Shown one piece after another: positions 18,762 to 36,090 of a stretch of DNA of 64,000 bases. Under the pieces are notes generated by a model, which made no database searches, was not told the DNA's origin, and saw only the letters and a program-made list of their open reading frames with translations. Both the position numbers and the translations under genes were made by a program. The stretch's first letter is position 1. The number at the start of each line of letters is the position of its first letter. This stretch comes from the human T2T-CHM13v2.0 reference genome, Homo sapiens: assembly GCF_009914755.1 (NCBI RefSeq), contig NC_060928.1; one strand, written 5' to 3'.

Positions 18762-19723
18762 CAAAGTGAGCTCACCTTGATGGATCGGTGACTCCTGGAA
18801 TCACATGAAGTTCCCACATTGAGCCCCTTTGAGCTCTCCAATCCTACAGCTCACCTTTTCTGTCATGGTGAATCTCCTCTCAGGTTCTTGAACTCCCTCA
18901 TTTTGGTGAGTTCTTTTGACTTTCTTTGGGATTTGTTTTGGATAATGGCTGCCTTAATAAAGGACCTTGTATCTCTCTTGAGACTAGAAAATACATTTTT
19001 TCTGACAAATCCTTTCTGGTACAAAGATATTTTATCTTTCTGGAGAGTATACACTTCTGATTTCTATAAAATTTACCTCATGTATTTTCTGGTGAGTTCT
19101 TTTTTTTTTCTTTTTGCATGCCTTCGCAGCCATTATACAATTCAGTGAGTCCTAGCTGAAATGTAAAAACACCTGAGAAACTAACCACTAAATTTGAGGC
19201 TTTAAAAAAAAAAGGTAAGAGAGTTTTTTTCTTTTTACCAACTGCTATAGGGATGTAACTCAGATCCAACCAGTGAATTTATGTTACTATATTTTACAGT
19301 CTCATGAATACATATAAAAGTGAAAGCTATAAGATCTTTGTTAACATATGTGTTTATGTATGTTATATGTTGTGTATACATGGCAAAATCTGGCATAATT
19401 GACCAGAAATCCCTTAAGGAAGCCTATTTAGATTGGCTTAGAGAGAAATGGGTACTCATGTAAAATTATATCTAAAACTGTTGAAATATATAGTAATTAA
19501 CCCAAATGCCTTTTTGTTTATGTGACTTAAGTGAATCTTTGATAAATAAGCTGGTTTTAAATTTATCAGTAAAATAGAAATGTTTTTAGAATTGTCAGCA
19601 TACATTCTTGCCTGCACTTATTGTTCAGACAATTTTTATATTTGTTCTAGCTGTTTTAAAGTGTCAGGATTCGACACACAGGTCATAAAACTATAATTCC
19701 AGCCTTAAAAGCAAAATGATCTT

Positions 19724-20206
19724 TGATGGTTAATACTGAGTGCCAATTTGATTGGATTGAAGGATACAAAGTATTGATCCTGGGTGTGTCTGTGAGGGTG
19801 TTGCCAAAAGAGGTTAACATTTGAGTCAGTGGGCTTAGGGAAGGCAGATCCACCCTTAATCTGCTGGGCACCATCTAATCAGCTGCAGCTAATATAAAGC
19901 AGGCAGAAAAACATGAAAAGGAGAGACTGGCCTAGCTTCCCAGCCTACGTCTTTCTCTCATGCTGGATGCTTCTTGTCCTTGAACATTGGACTCCAGGTT
20001 CTTCAGTTTTGAGACCTGGACTGGGTTTCCTTGCTCCTCAAGTTTGCAGACAGCCTATTGTTGGACCTTGTGATCATGTAAGTTAATACTTAATAAACTC
20101 CCCTATATATCTATAAACATATATATATATGTATGTATGTTACGTATGTATGTATGTATGTATGTATCCTATTACTCTGTCCCTCTAGGGAACCCTGACT
20201 GATACA
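19724..20206 (+). mobile_element. MLT2A (HERV-L) solo LTR nested in the provirus
   Basis: TGATGGTTAATACTGAGTG...GATTGGATTGAAGGATACAAAGTATTGATCCTGGGTGTGTCTGTGAGGGTG...(TA)n/(TATG)n...CCCTGACTGATACA. Confidence 0.85.
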
Positions 20207-20232
20207 GTTTATGTCACTTTTTTTTTTTTTGA

Positions 20233-20334
<102 letters not shown>

Positions 20335-20568
20335 TGAGTAACTGGGATTACAGGCAAGCGCCACCATGCCTGGCTAATTTTGTATTTTTAGTAGAGACAG
20401 GGTTTCACCATGTTGATCGGACTGGTCTCGAACTCCCAACCTCAGGTAATCTTCCCACCTCAGCCTCCCAAAGTGCTGGGATTACAGGCATGAGCCACCA
20501 CACCCGGCCTACTTTTTTTTTTTTTTAAGGCAGGATCTTGCTCTGTTTCCCAGTCTGGAGTGCAGTGA

Positions 20569-20814
<246 letters not shown>

Positions 20815-21177
20815 TAAGACTAGTTTAATATTGTTACTTTAGTGAAAACAGCTGTATCTTCTAAGTAATCAATAAAATATCCATGTACTTTAAGGTTCTT
20901 AATGTGAACATCTAACATTCACATGCTGTAAAAATGGCTAACAGAAAGGTAACTTGAAATAATGATTAGCTCTGTGTAATATCTGTTTTCATAAGTAATC
21001 TAGGTATAATGGTTAAAAAATAAATTAGGTAAATGAAAAGGGAATAAGTATGTATAAATGAACTTTTCATATGATTTGAGATCTTAAAGTTATGTTAAAT
21101 AAGTAATAGTTATTCATTAAATGTCTGGGTCATAGCCAAATAAGATAAAATATGAAAACATTAATTACTGAACATAG

Positions 21178-21433
<256 letters not shown>

Positions 21434-21689
21434 TGATCTGCCCGCCTTGGCCTCCCAAAGTGCTGAGATTACAGGCATGAGCACCATGCCCGGCCTTCTT
21501 TTTTTTTTTTTTAGGCAGGGTCTCACTCTCACCCAGGCTGGAATGCATGATCACAGCTCACTGCAACCTCTACCTCCCAGGCTTGAGCAGATCCTCCCAG
21601 CTTAGCCTCCCCAGTAGCTAGGTCTACAGGTGTGAACCACCATGCCCAGCTAATTTTTTGATTTTTTTTTTTTTTTTTTTTTTTTTTGA

Positions 21690-21875
<186 letters not shown>

Positions 21876-22698
21876 TAAGAGATGGGGTCTCTGTATGTTG
21901 CCCAGGCTTGTCTTGAACTCCTGGGCTCAAGCGGTCCTCTCACCTCAGCCTCCCCAAGTGCTAGGATTACAGGCAGGAGACACCACACCTGGCCTACTTT
22001 TGGCTTCTTAAGTTTTAAAGAAAGAGAAAAGCTATTTGGGCTTATTAATAAATACGTTCTGTTTCACATTGGAAAATTGTTCTATGAGAAAGCACATGTT
22101 TCTAGAGATTATGAAATACATATTCATAGGAGGTTGATGTATGTCAGATAGTTCAGAGTTTGCTTGCTTCCTGGGCTTTCACTAGAAATTAGGGTTACTG
22201 AGAGTTAAAAATTCTAATTAATGTATGTGATTCTGCATGCAAGATATATAAGAAATTGTGTTTTTGATGAGAAAAACTTTGAAGATGAGAATTTTTTTAA
22301 AGAAAAGAATAGTTTTGTCTAAATTCAGAGGTTATTTAAGGTTATTTTAAAAGTAAATTTAGAAAGAAGATAGCAGCAAGACAGAAAGGAACCAGTAGGA
22401 AGAAGAGAGGCTTGCATAGAAAGTTATAGGTATGAAGATGTATTTTTGGAAAGGGAGGTTAAAAAGAGAAGAGGTTTTTTTTTTTGGTATGAGAGAGAAT
22501 CTCAAGTGGTCAAAATCAAAAGAAAAAAAGTAAATTGTGTCCTAAAGTAAAATGACTGGTTGTTAAAGAAAGAGCAACTATAAATAGGACAAAACCAAAA
22601 GTCTGGGCAGGTCACAGACAGTCTGAGCTAGTTGTAAAAGGTTTGTGAAAGATGACTCTTACGAAAGAAATTTTGTGTGTGATAAAGTTGGCTAAAAT

Positions 22699-22733
22699 TA
22701 CACTTGGTTTTAGCCAAAAGGCTGAGAAGCGAT
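22699..22733 (-). pseudogene. 3'-truncated U2 snRNA retrofragment (U2 nt 1-35)
   Basis: Minus strand ATCGCTTCTCAGCCTTTTGGCTAAAACCAAGTGTA matches the U2 5' end at 32/35. Flanked by the 16-bp direct repeat AAGTTGGCTAAAATTA (22685-22700, 22735-22750). Confidence 0.88.
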
Positions 22734-24980
22734 GAAGTTGGCTAAAATTAGAAGAGAATTATTTATAAATATTTCTAAAGATTTAGATTTAATTATATGT
22801 ATAATTAAATAAAAACAGCTACATATGTATACATATATATAAATATGTTATGGATACAAAACTAAAATTTTAGTTCCCTATGTTAGAAGCACTTTTTTTG
22901 GAGTGTTGATCTGCTCTTCATAAAATTTGTAAGAGGTTTTGATTTCTAAAATCGATTCTGAAATCTGTTTAAGTTTTTAACCATCTTCTGAACTAAGCTT
23001 TTTTCTGTTTTATAGTCTCCATTTAATTTCCATAATTCCAGGTTAAAAATGCTATCTTCTTCATTGCGAATAGTAATTTATTTTCTCAAAATAGAGTTTT
23101 CCTTTGGAAGCTTTTCGGATTCATATCTCAGAAGTTCAAATTTTGCTGCATCTCACTGCATGTGATTTGCAGGTCAGGCATGATTACCTTCTGCTTCTCC
23201 TCTTTTTCTCCTTGAGAAGGTACTCTTTTTGTTTGGCTGGGGTGATGACTCTTGCCTTCAGCCTTTTTGTCAGCTCTTGTAACTTTTTTCTCCAGTCCTA
23301 ACTCTGCTGTTGTGACCTGACACCGAATATCTTTGTCTTGAAGGCCTAGGAGAGCAATGCTTTCCTCCAATATAACTAGATTCTGTACTCTTGGCTTTTC
23401 TTGATGTGTCTGGATTGTTCCATGTAACCAGGCAATTTCACATGCTTCTGCTTTTTCTAAGAGCCATATATTCTCCCTGCTCAAGGGACTGGTTTTCTTG
23501 TTTACTTCTATGACACAGTGTACACTCATAACCTTGGACATACACTCTTCCAGTGTCTGATTGAATTCAAGTACCTTTATATCAAATCTGACTTCCAGGT
23601 TATCTGAATGTGCTTCCCATAAAGAAAAGCAATCACAATGCAGGAGGTTTTTCTTTTCACTTTGGTAATTGGCCTAGGAAACAAAGATTTGGTGTTTTAT
23701 CAAGATAATTCCTGCGTATCATATTGTTTTTATTAGGTTTTTTATTATGTAGGAAAACTGAGCTTTAAAAGAGTTAAAGCTTCTTTATTTGTTTTGTTTT
23801 CTTTTGTTTTTGTTTCTATTTTGCATCTATATAATATTCTGTATTTGCTTTTGAAATATTTTAATTACCATTCTAGTTAAGTGAATGACTATTATTTCAC
23901 AATGACATGTGATCCCATTTTGATCAGATGTTTTAAACCTTTTGACATCTTTGGCAGGCTTCCTCGTATCAAAGCTCTAAATTAAGTTTTCTTGACCTAC
24001 AATTAACTTTGAGATTTTCCACTTGGACCTGTGGAGAGCCTCCAATAATGTACTTCTCATCTGGTAGAAATGTTAATAATTAGGCTTATTAGATGTATTA
24101 AATTGTTTGGGAAGCATTGTCAAATAAATGATGTTAAATCTTTGTTAAAGTTATATTTATACGAATATAATATTGATATTCTATATATTAACACTGTGAC
24201 TGTTCTGAAGATTATGTAAAATTTCTGAAAGTCTGATGATCCTGATGTGTTGCTGTCAGTCATGATTCTGGTTGTTATATTAAAATGATATATGAAATTT
24301 TCATATCTGAATATAACTGAATTTCCTTGTCAATTGCTAAACTTTCATCAGATTTCTCCCCATGGTTATTCAGAGTCTCTGTCATCCACAATTTTGATTT
24401 TTCACTAAAAGCATCTGCATTCAGCTTGGGTATGGTGGCTCATGCCTGTAATGCCAGCACTTTGGGAGGCTGAGACAGGAGGATCACTTGCGACTATAGG
24501 TTCAAGATCGGCCTGAGCAACACGGCAAGACCCTGTCTCTATTTAAAATAAAATAAAATAAATAAAAAATAAGAGCATCTGCAATCAGATTCATGGAAAG
24601 ACTCTAGCAAATGCTCTTGAATACAGGTTTCTGATAACTTTAAAATCAATGGCTCTAGTAAAAATTTACAGAATTGTAATGAAGAAACTGATGAGTTCAT
24701 GAAACTGTTAATCAAGACCAAGTAAAACAAAAATTAATTACATGAGATTGTATAACTGAAAAGGATAATGTTTTTATAACTTTTATTTGAAACATTGTTG
24801 GCTCTTTACTTAAATGTTTTGTTTTCCAGATTTAAGGAAACCTTTTCTCATAACTAGCTATAGTTTATGGAAATTTGATAATGCATACTTTTGTAATAAA
24901 ATTGGAAGAATCTACTTTTTCTTCCTACTTGATTCCTCCAAAATTCCGAAACTATTTGTATTTTAGTTTAAATTTTTTTA

Positions 24981-25133
<153 letters not shown>

Positions 25134-25491
25134 CTAGGCGTGGTGGTGGGCCTCTGTAATCCCCGCTACTCGGGAGGCTGAGGCAGGAGAATCGCTTGAA
25201 CCGGGAGGCAGAGGTTGCAGGGAGCTGAGATTGCGCCATTGCACTCCAGCCTGGGCGACAAGAGTGAAACTCTGTCTCAAAAAATAAATAAATAAACAAA
25301 TAAATGATAGATAAATAAAATAGTTTGCATAAGTTCAATAAGATCTGCTCTCTTTATAACAGGATACAATTGAAAATGTTGGCTTTACTAGCAAGATTTT
25401 GACTGGGATGTTATATTTAAATAATTTAGGCCGGGCACGGTGGCTCATGCTTGTAATCCCAGCACTTTGAGAAGCCAAAGCAGGTGGATCA

Positions 25492-25725
<234 letters not shown>

Positions 25726-25830
25726 TTATAGGTACTGCAGGCAAAATCTGAAGTCTCTTTTGGTTTGGCTTCCCAGCCTCAAGTGGTTTTTAAATATGAG
25801 ATTTCCACCAGGCGCAGTGGCTCGTGTCTA

Positions 25831-26198
<368 letters not shown>

Positions 26199-26555
26199 TT
26201 ATTTTACAAATAATTTTGTCTTTTTCTGATTGTTTTTAGTAGAAATTGGGATGACTGGAAATTTATGTGTTTTTGTTGTTGTTGTTTTTTGTTGTTTTTT
26301 AAAAAAGCTATAATACACCTGTGACTAGATTGTAGCCCTGTATCATGGTTGACCTCTGCTTAATTTGAAAAACAAAATTGTAGCCCTGTGCAGTGTTTTG
26401 GGTTTTCGATATCTGCTTATAGACTAGATTAGATCCTGAATTCACCTCATTCCTACCAATATCTGGCTACAACTATTCAACTAAGTATAAGAATGCTCTG
26501 TTTTAGCCGGGTGCGGTGACTCCCAGCACTTTGGGAGGCCAAGGCGGGCGGATCA

Positions 26556-26807
<252 letters not shown>

Positions 26808-27191
26808 TCAGGCCTTATAAGATGAAACTGAGTAACTTTTAAGGGACAAATCTCATGCCTAATGTAAGGGCTTCCCCAAAAGTTCACTGGACCACCCAGT
26901 GCCAGGACCAGAAACATTCACACCAAAACCAGGATGTGAATTTGACAGTTTCATACTGTAGATGGGTTTTCCCAAGACAATGGAATAAGATTCTCCATCA
27001 TAATGAGACTCTTATCCCTATTTTTTCTTTGCTTATGCCTACCTTTTGTCTTTGACAGGTGTAATGGAAATTTCACAATTAGTAGCTATTGCATGTAACT
27101 TGACAGAACCTGATCTAAGAAATCCTTTAGTTAGTGGGTAACTGTGGCAACATCCCTAATACAACTTTTTGTTCATATTATACTAAGGGTC

Positions 27192-27225
<34 letters not shown>

Positions 27226-27267
27226 GAGCTAGCTCTCTCTGCTTTAATTCAACCAAGTCATGGAATG

Positions 27268-28004
27268 CTAAATAACAGGATTGCTACCTACTAGCTAAAC
27301 AGAGATATCTGTATCAACACAAACACTACATGCTGTACCAGGATAAATTATTCTGGGGAAGTTGAGACCCAAATACACAAAATAAGAAAAGAAGCCATGG
27401 TCACAGCAGGTCTCATATGGCCGGGTGCGGTGGCTCACGCCTGTAATCTCAGCACTTAGGGAGGCCGAGGCGGGCAGATCACTTGAGCTCAGGAGTTCGA
27501 GACCAGCCTAGCCAACATGGTAAAACCCCATGTCTACTAAAAATATAAAAATTACCCAGGCGTGGTGGCATGCACCTGTAATCCCAGCTACTCAGGAGGC
27601 TGAGTCAGGAAAGTCACTTGATCCCAGGAGGCGGAGGTTGCAGTGAGCCGAGATTGTGCCACAGCACTCCAGCCTGGGCAACAGAATGAGACTCCATCTC
27701 AAAAAACAAACAACAACAACAACAAAAACACCAGGTCTCATCCAATTTCCCATGGCCATTTGATTTATTCAATTGGTTGCCTTTAAGCATAAGCTCATGG
27801 CTTAAAACCATAATGCAAACTGGGATTATCATATTACTATTAATTTTACTTAGTGTTTTCCTTTTTAAACTTTGTACCTGTTGCCTGTCACATTTCTGCA
27901 GATATACAACTCTTTGCAGAATAATGCTGGTCCAGCACTTTGAGATGATAGACAACGCCTATGGAACACACAAAAACTTAACAATGGACTCCTGGCAGAT
28001 TTAG
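27268..28004 (+). pseudogene. Retroviral env transmembrane-subunit remnant, split by an Alu (27419-~27727)
   Basis: ISD-like LNNRIA..YLLAKQ, CX6CC motif C-INTNTT-CC at 27310-27336, then [20 protein letters not shown]. After the Alu, an open frame 27732-28004 has W-rich [13 protein letters not shown] and hydrophobic anchor GIIILLLILLSVFLF, just upstream of the PPT/3' LTR. Confidence 0.8.
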
Positions 28005-28442
28005 CCTGAGAGTCACTTCCTCCAAACCTCCCTTGCTAAAAAGGTTTTGCCACTGACTCTTAGTCATGAGTCACTCCCTCCAATGTAGGACTAGACAACA
28101 ACCTGGGACACATAAGTCTTGGCATTGAGGGACAATCAAAACCTAACTCCATAGCTGGGTGTGATGGCATTTGCCTCCAGACCCAGTTACTCAGGAGGCT
28201 GAAGCAAGAGGGTCACTTCAGCCCAGGAGTTCAGTGCTATAGTGCACAGTGACTGAGCCTATGAACAGACTCTGCACTCCAGCCTGGGCAACATATCAAG
28301 ACACTGTTTAGACTTTTTTTTTTTTTTTTTTTTAAGACAGAGTCTCACTCTGTTGCTCAGGCCGGAGTGCAATGGTGCAATCTTGGCTCACAGCAACCTC
28401 TGCCTCCCGGGTTCAAGTGATTCTTTTGCCTCAGCCACCTGA

Positions 28443-28676
<234 letters not shown>

Positions 28677-28724
28677 TGATCAGCAATGCTTGTAGAAAAA
28701 TCTTTTGATCAAGAGGGGGACGTA

Positions 28725-29108
28725 TGAAAGTTGTCAGGATCAAAAAGGAGTCACTTGTGTCAAACCCTGAAATATGGAGCCAGAGAAGGCCACAAAGGGA
28801 GGGTTGTCATGCTTGTATACCTGATAAGAACTATCACAAAAGACTGACTGCGAAAAACCACAACCTTGCGCAAAGGCCATCACAACCATACACAAAAAAT
28901 ATTTCTGTGAGTACATCTGCCTAGCAACTGCCTGTCCAGCCTTGCACTGATGCCACCCTTGTTATTGATTCTTGTAATGAAGAATAATTGTTTACAGACA
29001 CTTATGTAATATTTTCATTTTTTCTTTAACAACTCTTTTCTTTCATTACCTCCCTGAATATGCTCACCATGTTCCCATTGCTATGCTCAATCCCAAATAA
29101 ATATTATC
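28725..29108 (+). mobile_element. 3' LTR of the provirus (3' end truncated)
   Basis: TG start after the PPT. Aligns with the 5' LTR up to GCTCAATCCCAAA, then is lost into AT-rich low-complexity sequence. Confidence 0.8.
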
Positions 29109-29978
29109 AATCCTGAATAATTATCAATAAATATTTTTAAAATATTTTATATGTAATATATGTATATAAGAATATATATTTATAGTATATATAAATATTT
29201 ATAATATAAAAGTATTCATGTTTTACTTTTTTTGGAGACAAAGTCTCATTCTGTCACCCATGCTGGAGTGCAGTGGCATGAACATGGCTCACTGCAGTCT
29301 TGGCCTCCTGGGCTCAAGTGATCCGTCCACCTCACCCCTCTGGGTTGCTAGGACTACAGATGTGCACCACTATGCTTGGCTAATTTTTAAAAAATTTTTG
29401 TAGAGACAGAATCTCCTTGTCTTGCCCAGGCTGGTCTGGAACTCCTGGCTCAAGTGATCCTCCTGCCTTGTGAACCTCCCAAAGTTCTAGGATTACAGGC
29501 ACTTACACATGAGCTACTGCACCTGGCCCTATTTATATATTTTTTTTTAATCCACCCATCTGCACACTGAGAGTGTGTGTGTGTATTTAATTATTTTTTA
29601 TGCAGTTTCATGTTTTTAGATCTTAAGTTTAAATCTTTGGATTATTTAGCAATTTTTTTGGTTTAATGTGTTATATAAAAACCCTTATATAATGTGTTAT
29701 ATAAAAACTTTTATGTAAAAACCTGTATTTTTTCTGAACTATTATCCAATAGTACCATGATGTTTTCTTTCTTTTAGTTTGTGTACTTGTTTATTATAGT
29801 AGACTTTTTCCATGGTTCATTTATGAGCAGTTCTGTCCAAATCTGCTTTTCACCCAAAAAGTGTTGGTGAATTCTGCTTGACTGTCCACTCTCTTTTTAC
29901 CTGGGAACTGTAAACTGTACCATAATATTAGAAATGGGTATATTCTCTTTGTAATAACATCTACACTATACTCTGTGA

Positions 29979-30335
<357 letters not shown>

Positions 30336-32305
30336 TGATCCACTTGCCTCAGCCTCCCAAAGTGCTGGGATTACAGGTGTGAGCCACTGCGCCCAGCTGC
30401 CCTTGGACTTCTGAACTTTTCTGTGGCTCAGTTTCCTTATCTGTAACAGGAGACTAGTTAGGATTGAATGAGTTAATGCTTGTAAGATGTATGAAATGGT
30501 TCCTGGTACATAGTCAAGGCTTTGTAAGTTTTAGAATTAGGATTATCCCCTTCTATGGCTTAAGAGAGAGAGGAAGAGGGCTGAAGCTATGGGAAGCTTG
30601 AGTATTTTGTGGGTCTTGGTTTCTGATTTAGAAATGAACTCAGTCTTGCTCAGAGACTGTGTTCCTAACCTCTAATGTTTTTGTCTCTCTATTTTTTCTT
30701 CAATTTAGTCCAAATTCTTCGGTATTTGAGAGATGTTTCTCAAAGTTTAAAAAAATTTTTTTAATTTTTTAATATAAAAAACTCCAAACATTAAACAAAA
30801 GCTGGAGGAATAACAATAAATCTCATTTACCCATCATCCAGTTTCATTTTTTTATGTTATTTTTATTCCATTTTTTTAGAATAGAGACGGAGTCTCACTA
30901 TGTTGCCCAAGCTGGTCTTGAACTTCTGGGCTCAAGTGATCCTTCTGCTTCAGCCTCCCAAAGTGCTGGGTTTTGAAGGCATGAGTCACCATGCCCGGTC
31001 TATCATCCAGTTTTAATTGTTATTGTCTTATGGCCTTCATAGTTCTTGGTATGTTGGAAGGATTACTTGAGCCCAGCGGTTTGAGACCAGCCTGGATGAT
31101 ATAGAGAGACCCTATCTCAAAAAAAAAAGTTATTAGTATAAGGTTGAGAACTCTTCCCTAGTTTCCACGTAGATGGTGCTATTGTTCCTAGCACCTAGGA
31201 GAAGGAAGCTTTGTGGGTCTGTACCTATCCTTTCAGATTTCCTGTAGGTCATAAACCCAATACTTGAGCTATCATGATTTAAACACTTTTTCTTGCAACT
31301 GTAGCAGCTCATCAGGCTGTTATATCTATCTCATCCTCTTTATTTCTACTCTAATTGCCCTACTTGGACCTTCACTGCTTTTCATCTGAATTATTGCAAC
31401 AGCAGCCTAATTGGCCTTCCTGTATTCAGACCTCTATATTCAGTCCACTCTTCGTACTGTCGAAAGTTTATTTTTTTTTAATATCACAAGCCTAATTATG
31501 GCACTCTGTTCTAGAAGCCAAGGAATTGCTCTCGGTTGCCTATGGAGTAAAATTCAAATGGTCTTTTTTTCCACAAGAACATGAGATGGCCCTTTTCAGC
31601 CCTTCACTAGAGTATCTTTCACTATATACCATAGTTCCTCAATTCTAACATGCCATTGATTATAGACTATATATTATGATTATATGTCATTGATTTAGCA
31701 AAAGCTTTTGGGTCAGGGACCAAGAGGCACAATGGAACCTACGCATCAGTGATAAGATACATTGTGATTTCACAATTATGAAAATGTAGAGGCATATTAA
31801 ATTATTCCTGTAATCACAGCAACAGTATTAAGGTAACAGCAATAAATGGATGGCATATTAACCTGCGTAATTATAGGAGATTTTTAGTAAGGTAATTATT
31901 TGCAGACATGGGCAAAGTTTAGGGAGCCAATAGGACATGGTATAGTATTCCCAGGCTGGCTTTAGGGTGGGTGGGGGACTGTTGCAACCGAATATCTAGG
32001 TATGAAGGCTGAGGGGAAGGAACTCTGCCAGAAACCAGAGAGAGAAGTGTACAGAGCAGGACTCTAGACAAAAGTTGCGGACTTCAGTAGAGAGAGTGAG
32101 TGAGCCATGGAAACATGGTAGGGAAGGGGCCAAAGGAATAAAGATCTCGAATACTTCACTCTCTCCCCACCCTCTTATCTCCAAGCTAGCTAAAGCCATC
32201 TCGAATCCAGAGGATAAACAAGTCCACCAATGCAGTTAAGCTTCCCAGGGCACAAAGCATTATGGAGAAGAATGGAGCACAGTGGGGAGGGAAGCCAAAG
32301 GCTAA

Positions 32306-32629
<324 letters not shown>

Positions 32630-32874
32630 TGATCCGCCCACCTCAGCCTCCCAAAATCTGGGATTACAGGCGTGAGCCACCACACTCAGCCTACTCTTCA
32701 TCTCAAATCACAGATTAAATCTCTACATACCTGAATATTTGCCCGCTTGCTGTTTATTTGGCCTTTGAGCTCAGCTTAATTTTCGCGTTCTCCATGAAGC
32801 CATCTCTGACTTGTTTAGTCAATTTGTCCTCTGATGTGTTCCCATAAAACGCCACTTAAAAGATTTAAACTTTA

Positions 32875-34546
<1,672 letters not shown>

Positions 34547-34567
34547 GATTTAAGCTTTACACTTTCT

Positions 34568-34881
<314 letters not shown>

Positions 34882-35682
34882 TAAGCTTTACACTTTCTAA
34901 TGAGTTGTCTATATACTTGTCTTTGCTGATATATCATAAACTCTTTAATAGTAAGGGACATTTTACAATCATTGTGTCTTTCCCCTTTCCCTGAAAACAC
35001 ACAAACCCACCTGCCACAATATCTTCTACTTAGAATCAAACACTTCAGAGCTGGAGAAAGTCCTAGAAACATCTAATCCAATAATCTTATTTTATAGGTG
35101 AAGAAACTGGGCTCAAATCAGTGTTGGTAAAGGGCTCAATAAATGCTAATTGAAGTGAAAGTGAAAATTCAGCCCCAGAGGGTCAACAAGTACCTTCAAG
35201 AAGGCTTTGAAAACAAGTAGAGAAAAAAATCACTCTCATGTGGTAAACTTATGGTGCCCAGTCACCTGGAATATGGTCTGTGATTTCACTTTTCACTGAG
35301 GTTTTGCTTTTATTTTGTAAGAAGAATGAAATAAGCTAATGCATGTGAAGTATCTTAGCCAAGGGCCTGGGACATGATAAACTTGGAAATTGGGGCCAGG
35401 CGTGGTGGCTCACGCCTGTAATCCCAGCACTTTGGGAGGCTGAGGTGGGCAGATCATGAAGTCAGGAGTTCGAGACCAGCCTGACCAACGTTGTAAAACC
35501 CATCTCTACTAAAAAATACAAAAATTAGCCGGGGGCCTGGTGGTGCACGCCTGTAATCCCAGCTACTCAGGAGGCTGAGGCAATAGAAGTGCTTGAACCC
35601 GGGAGGCAGAGGTTACAGTGAGCCCAGTGGGCGATGGAGCGAGACTTCATCTCAAAAAACAAAAAAAAGAAAAGAAAGAAAT

Positions 35683-35837
35683 TGGTTAGTTCTAGAAAGA
35701 TTACGGTGAGATAACTTTCAAGAATTTAGAAATAATAAAAGAAATAAGGTTTTCCTCTGATACTTGAAACTTAAGCACAAATAAATTATGAAACATTTAT
35801 ACAATCTAGTAATATGTACTTGTTAAAATGATAACAT
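35683..35837 (+). repeat. Copy 1 of a ~155-bp local direct duplication
   Basis: Aligns to 39635-39792 with 7 substitutions and one 3-bp indel. Confidence 0.92.
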
Positions 35838-35943
35838 ACATTTGCAGTTGACATGGGCAAATGTCTGTGATATATTTTTGAGTACATAAAGTAAGTAACA
35901 AAAAGGCATATACTTACAGTATTTTTTTTTTTTTTTTTTTTGA

Positions 35944-36090
<147 letters not shown>

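Noticed and set aside
23128-23541. 137-aa minus-strand ORF
   Set aside because: Antisense to the ERV internal region, no recognisable motif.
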